From positions 31,837 through 95,836 of the forward strand of contig CACBIM010000007.1 of the NCBI GenBank assembly GCA_902539295.1: a DNA stretch of 64,000 nt, given 5' to 3'. The notes under the pieces were generated by a model. That model had not been told where the DNA came from. It did not search any database and saw only the letters and a list, made by a program, of their open reading frames with translations. This document shows positions 58,965 to 64,000 of this stretch, in pieces. This stretch comes from an uncultured SAR116 cluster alpha proteobacterium. GTDB taxonomy: Bacteria > Pseudomonadota > Alphaproteobacteria > Puniceispirillales > GCA-002684695. Both the position numbers and the translations under genes were made by a program. The stretch's first letter is position 1, and each line of letters opens with the position of its first letter.

Positions 58965-60281
58965 TTATGCTTTAACAAAGTTAGCCCCAAGTTCAATCAT
59001 TGTTTTAAAAAAATTTGGAAAACTTGACTGAATTGTTGACGGTCTTAGAACCTTTATTGGTTTTTTTGATATTAGGCCTAAAATCAAGAATGACATTGCA
59101 ATCCTATGATCTAGTTCACTATCTATTGTACAACCTCCAGCTACCTCACTGCCATAAATTGTTAAGCTTTCAGGTTTCTCGATAGTTTTAACACCAGCTT
59201 TAACCAAGCCATTTGACATTATTTTTATTCTATCAGATTCTTTTACCCTTAGTTCAGAAATGCCATGCATGGTTGTTTTACCATTTGCACACGAGGCAGC
59301 AATCGAAAGAATTGGATATTCATCAATCATGCTAGGTGCTCTTTTTGATGAAACCGAGATACCTTTAAGTTGACTATATTCAGCGATTATAGTGGCTATT
59401 TCCTCTCCCCCAATATTTTTTTTATTAAAGATTTTAATTTTTGCTCCCATCTCTTTTAGAGTTTTAAACAAACCGTCTCTACCTTTATTGATCATAATAT
59501 TATGAAGTTCAATTTTGCTTTCAGGGCAAATAACTGCGGCTACAATTAAAAAAGCAGCAGACGAGGGGTCACAAGGGACAAATATATTGCCACCTTTTAA
59601 AACAGGGTTCCCCTTTAATTCTACTCTATATCCTCCAAATTTTAACGTTTTTGATTGAATGTTTGCACCTAAATATGAGAGCATTTTTTCTGTATGGTTT
59701 CTACTCTCATTTGGCTCTTTAAATACTGTTGTCCCAGAAGCTGCTAAACCAGATAATAAAATTGACGACTTTATTTGAGCAGATGATATCTTTGAAGAAT
59801 AATTTATTGGAAAAACCTCTTTTGGCCCTTTAATTGTTAATGGTAGTTTTTCATTATTGCTTGAGATTAGTTTTGCGCCCATCATTTTTAATGGGGTCAG
59901 GATTCTATCCATTGGTCTTTTGCTTAAAGATATATCCCCTTTTAAATTGGCAATTATATTTGAGCCCATTATAGCTCCTAAAATAAGTCTTGCTCCGGTT
60001 CCAGAATTGCCAAGGTCTAAATAATCTATTGGCTCTTTAAACCCAAAGAGGCCCACACCATTTACAAACCAATACTCATTTGATTTCTCAATTTTTACAC
60101 CTAACTTTTTCAGTGCGTTCATTGTGGCAAAAACATCTTCACTCTCAAGCAGACCTTTTATTTTGGATTGGCCGATACACATGCTTGTTATTATAAGCGC
60201 TCTGTGTGAAATTGATTTATCCCCAGGCACTTTTGAACTACCAACTAGTCTAAATGACTTTTTTGATATTATATGTTTCAT
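58965..60281 (-). CDS. aroA: 3-phosphoshikimate 1-carboxyvinyltransferase (EPSP synthase)
   Basis: PGDKSISHRAL, LGNSGTGARL and LRVKESDRI motifs. 438 aa. Confidence 0.97.
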   Translation of the reverse strand: MKHIISKKSFRLVGSSKVPGDKSISHRALIITSMCIGQSKIKGLLESEDVFATMNALKKLGVKIEKSNEYWFVNGVGLFGFKEPIDYLDLGNSGTGARLILGAIMGSNIIANLKGDISLSKRPMDRILTPLKMMGAKLISSNNEKLPLTIKGPKEVFPINYSSKISSAQIKSSILLSGLAASGTTVFKEPNESRNHTEKMLSYLGANIQSKTLKFGGYRVELKGNPVLKGGNIFVPCDPSSAAFLIVAAVICPESKIELHNIMINKGRDGLFKTLKEMGAKIKIFNKKNIGGEEIATIIAEYSQLKGISVSSKRAPSMIDEYPILSIAASCANGKTTMHGISELRVKESDRIKIMSNGLVKAGVKTIEKPESLTIYGSEVAGGCTIDSELDHRIAMSFLILGLISKKPIKVLRPSTIQSSFPNFFKTMIELGANFVKA

Positions 60282-60387
60282 TTAAAAATATTTATAACAT
60301 AAATTTAAAAAAACCCTTTGACACTTTTAAAGAAATAAGTCAAATCCCTTTTATAATTTTATTTTTATGAATTATGGAGATACTTAT

Positions 60388-60753
60388 ATGGCTAAGCCTG
60401 AGTGGGGTACAAAAAGAACTGGTCCATGTGGCACAAAGTTTTATGACTTTAATAAAAATCCTATTATATGCCCTAGTTGTGGGGGTGAAGTTATTATTAA
60501 TGAAGTAAAAACAAAAACCAAAAAAAATGAGGCAGAAGAAAATCTCAAAAAAAATACTGAAGAACAATCTTTAAGTGAAGATAATTCAAACGGCCCTGAT
60601 ATTCTAGATAATGATCTTCTCGATGATGAAGTTAGTTTAGATGAAGCAGTAGACAATGAACTCAAGGAAAATATATCTGATGATGATATTAATTTAATTG
60701 ACGGTGAAAATGATATTGTTTTAGATGTTGAAATAGATGACGATGAAAAATAA
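60388..60753 (+). CDS. TIGR02300 (FYDLN_acid) family zinc-ribbon protein with acidic tail
   Basis: KPEWGTKR.CP.CGTKFYDFNKNPIICPSCG followed by a D/E-rich C-terminus. GGAGA sits 7 nt upstream of the ATG at 60388. Confidence 0.8.
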   Translation: MAKPEWGTKRTGPCGTKFYDFNKNPIICPSCGGEVIINEVKTKTKKNEAEENLKKNTEEQSLSEDNSNGPDILDNDLLDDEVSLDEAVDNELKENISDDDINLIDGENDIVLDVEIDDDEK

Positions 60754-60770
60754 ATAGTTTTCACTTTTTT

Positions 60771-60846
60771 GGGGCTGTAGCTCAGTTGGGAGAGCGCTTC
60801 AATGGCATTGAAGAGGTCGTCGGTTCGATCCCGATCAGCTCCACCA
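60771..60846 (+). tRNA. tRNA-Ala (anticodon GGC), CCA encoded
   Basis: 76-nt cloverleaf. Acceptor GGGGCTG/CAGCTCC with the G3:U70 Ala identity pair. Anticodon loop ATGGCAT. Confidence 0.95.
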
Positions 60847-60855
60847 GATGTTTAA

Positions 60856-61320
60856 TTAAGCAGCAGAGCTTAAATTAAAATTTAATAAAACAGCAAACAA
60901 AGAATCTGAGTTTTCACATCCCCTGAGTTGAGTTGCAATATGTTTGTTTTTCAAAAGCCTAGAGAAGTTAGATAATATATATAAATGTTTTGATTTAGAG
61001 GATGTAGGTGACACTACTAAACAGACTAAATCTACTAGTTTTTTGTCTGCAGATCCATAATCAATAGGGTTTGATAATGTAGTAAATAACACAAAAGATT
61101 TTTCAATTTGATCTATTAAAGCGGATGGCATTGCAATCCCATTAGATATACTTGTATTTCCAAGCTTTTCTCTTTGGATAATTTTTTCAAAAAGTATTTT
61201 TTGGTTTATTAATTTGTTAAAATTTTCGGACTTTAAAGATAGTTCTTGAAATAAATGTTTCTTATTTTTTACATTTATACCAAATAAAATGTGGTTTGTA
61301 TTAAGTAGATCTGATAACAT
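60856..61320 (-). CDS. ptsN: PtsN (EIIA-Ntr)-like protein lacking the phospho-acceptor histidine
   Basis: Collinear with E. coli PtsN (REKLGNTSISNGIAMPSA vs REKMGSTGIGNGIAIPHG; HLYILSNFSRLL vs HLHTLSLVAKRL). Located downstream of lptB. Confidence 0.8.
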   Translation of the reverse strand: MLSDLLNTNHILFGINVKNKKHLFQELSLKSENFNKLINQKILFEKIIQREKLGNTSISNGIAMPSALIDQIEKSFVLFTTLSNPIDYGSADKKLVDLVCLVVSPTSSKSKHLYILSNFSRLLKNKHIATQLRGCENSDSLFAVLLNFNLSSAA

Positions 61321-61376
61321 ATGAAACTCGTTTGAAAAAAGGTAATTAGAATATCAACGAATTTTTGTCAATAGCT

Positions 61377-62147
61377 TTATAATTTAAATTTTTCACCCAA
61401 GTATACTCTTCTTACATCACTATCATTTAATAAAAGTTCAGAAGAGCCAGATGAAATTATTTTTCCATCATGAAGTATGTAGCTTCTATCTACTATATTA
61501 AGTGTTTCTCTTACATTATGGTCTGTAATTAATATGCCAATATTTTTCTCTTTAAGTTTAAATATGATATTTTTAATTTCAATTAAAGCTATAGGGTCAA
61601 TACCAGCAAGAGGTTCATCTAAAAGTAAAAATTTTGGTTTAGACGCCAAAGCTCTAGCTATTTCAACTCTCCTTCTTTCACCGCCTGACAAAGTCAAAGC
61701 AGACGCATTCCTTATATGATCCAATGAAAATTCATTTAGTAATTCATTTAAAAATTCATTATTTTCATTATTATTTTTTAATTTGTTTAATTGTATTATT
61801 GAAAAAATATTTTGTTCAACAGTTAGTCCGCGAAAGATTGATGTTTCTTGTGGAAGGTAATTTAACCCAAGTTTTGCTCTTTTATAAATAGGCAAGTTGG
61901 TAATGTTAAAATCATTTAGTTTGATATTGCCATGGCTGATGTTTTGTAGACCTGCAATGCAATGAAAACAAGTTGTTTTGCCTGCTCCATTAGGTCCTAA
62001 GAGTCCAACAATCTCACCTTCTTTTACATTAATGCTAATGTCATTGAGAGTTTTCTTTTTTTTATAAAAAGAACTTAGATTTTTTACTTTCAAACAATTT
62101 CTGTCTTTAACTAGTTTTGTTTGATTAAAATTTTTAATTTCCATCAT
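61377..62147 (-). CDS. lptB: LPS export ABC transporter ATP-binding protein
   Basis: GPNGAGKTT, YLPQETSIFRGLTV, LSGGERRRVEIARAL and LLLDEPLAGIDP. Confidence 0.95.
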   Translation of the reverse strand: MMEIKNFNQTKLVKDRNCLKVKNLSSFYKKKKTLNDISINVKEGEIVGLLGPNGAGKTTCFHCIAGLQNISHGNIKLNDFNITNLPIYKRAKLGLNYLPQETSIFRGLTVEQNIFSIIQLNKLKNNNENNEFLNELLNEFSLDHIRNASALTLSGGERRRVEIARALASKPKFLLLDEPLAGIDPIALIEIKNIIFKLKEKNIGILITDHNVRETLNIVDRSYILHDGKIISSGSSELLLNDSDVRRVYLGEKFKL

Positions 62148-62166
62148 TTAAATTACTAAATATTTA

Positions 62167-62985
62167 TTAATAAAAAACTCCAGTTACTGAATTTTTTTTA
62201 TTTGAAGTTATACTACTCAAGCCTTTTTCAAAGTCAATTACAGCACTATTCCCTTTTATGAAGCTCTCATTTTGTTTTATTATTACATTGCCTTTGAAAT
62301 TTATTTTCCGTTCAAGATTAAAAAATTCAGCCTCATTTGATGAAATATTTTGTTGCAAGCTATCAATGGTGACATTAACATTATCAATTGCTTTGACGTA
62401 TATTATATTTTCATTTTTATCAATTTTTATTGTTAATTTATTAGCATTTATTTTAGCCTCAGGGTTTTTTGAAATTATCAAAACATTCCCAACTAATAAA
62501 ATTTTTTTTTCACCTTTGATGTATAGTAGTCTATTTTGAGAATAAACAGTACCTAAATTTGAAATCATCGAAATATTATCACCTTCAACTAGTAATGTTT
62601 CTTTTGCTAAGTTATAATTCATAAAATTTGAATTGATTGTTATTTGAGATGTCTTAAATGTCGCTTTTTCACTTGCTATGAGATTTTGTATTTTACCCTT
62701 TCCTATTAACCCTTCATAGGACCCAATAATTTCATTAGCATTTATTGAAAAAAGACTTGATTTAACCTCAGCGTCGCCTAAAGCAACAATTTTATTTTCC
62801 AACTGATACCATTCAAGTTTTTCAGAAGCCTTTATTTCAATCTTGTTTTCTGCATTAAGCTCAGTTGCGGTTGCCACATATAAGGAAAAACTAGTAAGTA
62901 TGGAAATAAAAAATATTTTTTTTAAATTACAGATGCTTAAAAACATAACAACTTTTATTAAATTATAATTATTTAAAAAAAACAA
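62167..62985 (-). CDS. lptA: LptA/OstA-family periplasmic LPS transport protein
   Basis: Signal-like N-terminus and a repetitive beta-jellyroll-like sequence. Sits between lptC and lptB. Longer than typical LptA, and the start is uncertain. Confidence 0.65.
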   Translation of the reverse strand: MFFLNNYNLIKVVMFLSICNLKKIFFISILTSFSLYVATATELNAENKIEIKASEKLEWYQLENKIVALGDAEVKSSLFSINANEIIGSYEGLIGKGKIQNLIASEKATFKTSQITINSNFMNYNLAKETLLVEGDNISMISNLGTVYSQNRLLYIKGEKKILLVGNVLIISKNPEAKINANKLTIKIDKNENIIYVKAIDNVNVTIDSLQQNISSNEAEFFNLERKINFKGNVIIKQNESFIKGNSAVIDFEKGLSSITSNKKNSVTGVFY

Positions 62986-63529
62986 GTTTTGTTCTACCGA
63001 TGAATATTACTTTATTTTCATTTTGATTATAAAAGAAATTCTCCGATCTTAAAAAACCAGAATTTAAATTAAATTGAACAGGCTGTGTTGAATAAAACTC
63101 ACCTTTAACTAGGATGCCATTAAGTTCATTTGATGTAAGCGTAAAGTTTGAATTTTCATCTATAAATGAAACATTGTCTGAAAGAAATAAATGTTTATTT
63201 TTCAAATCAAACTCACCTATATTTGAAGAAATAGTTATTAAACTTTTCTTTGTTTCAAAAATAGCGTTTGGATTAATTAAATTTAAAACATTAATTTTTG
63301 ATTGGTTTTCAGTAATTAATTTGGCGGAGACAGAAAATTTTTGTCCATTTTGAGAAAAACCAGAATATTTAGCCCCTTCTATGTTTAAGGATGGATTGCT
63401 CTTATTGTCATTTAAATCGATTAAGATCTTTTTTGTTGAAAATTTTGCTTGCCACCAAAAAAAACTTAAAAGTATCATTAGAAATAATGATACCCCGATC
63501 AGAGTTGATAATTTACTTAAATATTTCAT
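62969..63529 (-). CDS. lptC: LPS export system protein LptC
   Basis: N-terminal TM anchor (LSTLIGVSLFLMILLSFFWW) plus a periplasmic beta-rich domain. Lies upstream of lptA. Confidence 0.65.
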   Translation of the reverse strand: MKYLSKLSTLIGVSLFLMILLSFFWWQAKFSTKKILIDLNDNKSNPSLNIEGAKYSGFSQNGQKFSVSAKLITENQSKINVLNLINPNAIFETKKSLITISSNIGEFDLKNKHLFLSDNVSFIDENSNFTLTSNELNGILVKGEFYSTQPVQFNLNSGFLRSENFFYNQNENKVIFIGRTKLVFFK

Positions 63530-63552
63530 ATATTAATTTAATAATTTGTTAA

Positions 63553-64000
63553 TTAATGTGCAAAAATATCTAAATCTTCAAATCCAGCTAGATCAAGCTC
63601 AACTCTGACTTTTAGAAAAGCAAAAACTTTTTCAGCTAATTCAATCCTATTTTCTTGTAAAAGAAGGGCTTCTAATTTTTCTTTTAATTTATGCAAGTAT
63701 AAAACGTCATTTGCAGCATAACTTTTCTGCTCTTTTGAAATTATTTTGCTTCCCCAATTAGAACTTTGTTGTTCTTTTGAAATTTCAATTGAAAGTAATT
63801 CTCTTGTTAAATCACTTAATCCATGTTTGTTGGTATAGGTTCTAGAAAGCTTACTGGCAATTTTGGTACACCAAATATTTCCTTCTACTTTGCAAACATA
63901 AAAATTTAATGCAGCTAAATCAAATCGAGCAAAATGAAATATTTTTAAAATATTTTTATTTTGTAAAATTTTTTTAAGATTTTTATACTTTTGCTTTGAA
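63553..64000 (-). CDS. RNase D-like 3'-5' exonuclease (partial; N-terminus beyond the window)
   Basis: Manual minus-strand translation: ..ILKIFHFARFDLAALNFY..IWCTKIASKL..HGLSDLTRELLSIEISKEQQSSNWG..YAANDVLYLHKL..FAH*. These are DEDDy Exo II/III-type motifs. Stop at 63553-63555. Confidence 0.75.
   Translation of the reverse strand, partial: SKQKYKNLKKILQNKNILKIFHFARFDLAALNFYVCKVEGNIWCTKIASKLSRTYTNKHGLSDLTRELLSIEISKEQQSSNWGSKIISKEQKSYAANDVLYLHKLKEKLEALLLQENRIELAEKVFAFLKVRVELDLAGFEDLDIFAH

Noticed and set aside
60340-60567. The 75-aa minus-strand ORF in the aroA / TIGR02300 divergent region.
   Set aside because: It overlaps the well-conserved zinc-ribbon gene on the plus strand, and its product is a Phe/Ile-rich low-complexity string.
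60851-60880. Hairpin TTAAGC-AGCAGA-GCTTAA between tRNA-Ala and the ptsN 3' end, considered as a bidirectional terminator.
   Set aside because: The stem is only 6 bp, it lies largely inside the ptsN coding end, and it has no flanking U-tracts. The evidence is too weak to annotate.
1-64000. CRISPR arrays, rRNA genes, IS elements and large tandem repeats.
   Set aside because: None was seen while reading the spacers and gene ends. All spacers over 90 bp were inspected individually.

Overview
This is a very AT-rich, tightly packed bacterial window with short spacers, many overlapping stops and starts, and weak Shine-Dalgarno sites. Gene content and order point to a streamlined marine alphaproteobacterium, most likely SAR11/Pelagibacterales; that assignment is an inference. 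I call 2 tRNAs, Gly-GCC at 15-89 and Ala-GGC at 60771-60846, and about 68 CDS. I saw no rRNA, CRISPR array, IS element or transposase.

Positions 1 to about 35100 are an accessory-looking block of uptake and nitrogen-scavenging genes:
- a polar-amino-acid ABC system
- a PotABCD-like ABC system
- two arginase-family ureohydrolase paralogues
- two amidase-signature enzymes and two MBL hydrolases
- a PrpD-family protein and a D-threonine-aldolase-like PLP enzyme
- a class-III aminotransferase, an Fe-ADH and a ThDP enzyme
- a gamma-butyrobetaine-dioxygenase-like enzyme
- MATE and EamA exporters
- a small cluster holding a resolvase-like gene with substituted catalytic residues

Positions 35100-64000 are conserved alphaproteobacterial core: trmL, polA, chvI-chvG, ahcY, tsaE, sbcB, trxA, folC-accD-trpA-trpB-trpF, ihfB, rpsA, cmk, aroA, ptsN-lptB-lptA-lptC and a partial RNase D-like gene.

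Most notable observations:
- chvG and tsaE have clearly coding N-termini that lack any in-frame start. Each needs a one-A (-1) shift at a poly(A) tract just after a start codon overlapping the upstream gene.
- The PtsN homologue has Ser in place of the phospho-acceptor His. The locus lacks rpoN and hpf, and chvG runs straight into ahcY.
- The serine-recombinase homologue has lost its nucleophile Ser and other catalytic residues.
- An operator-like motif, CAGTAA-N12-TTACTG, occurs twice upstream of the amino-acid ABC operon.
- Strong stem-loops sit immediately after both ABC substrate-binding-protein genes.

I found no clear-cut novel multi-gene system such as a defence system.
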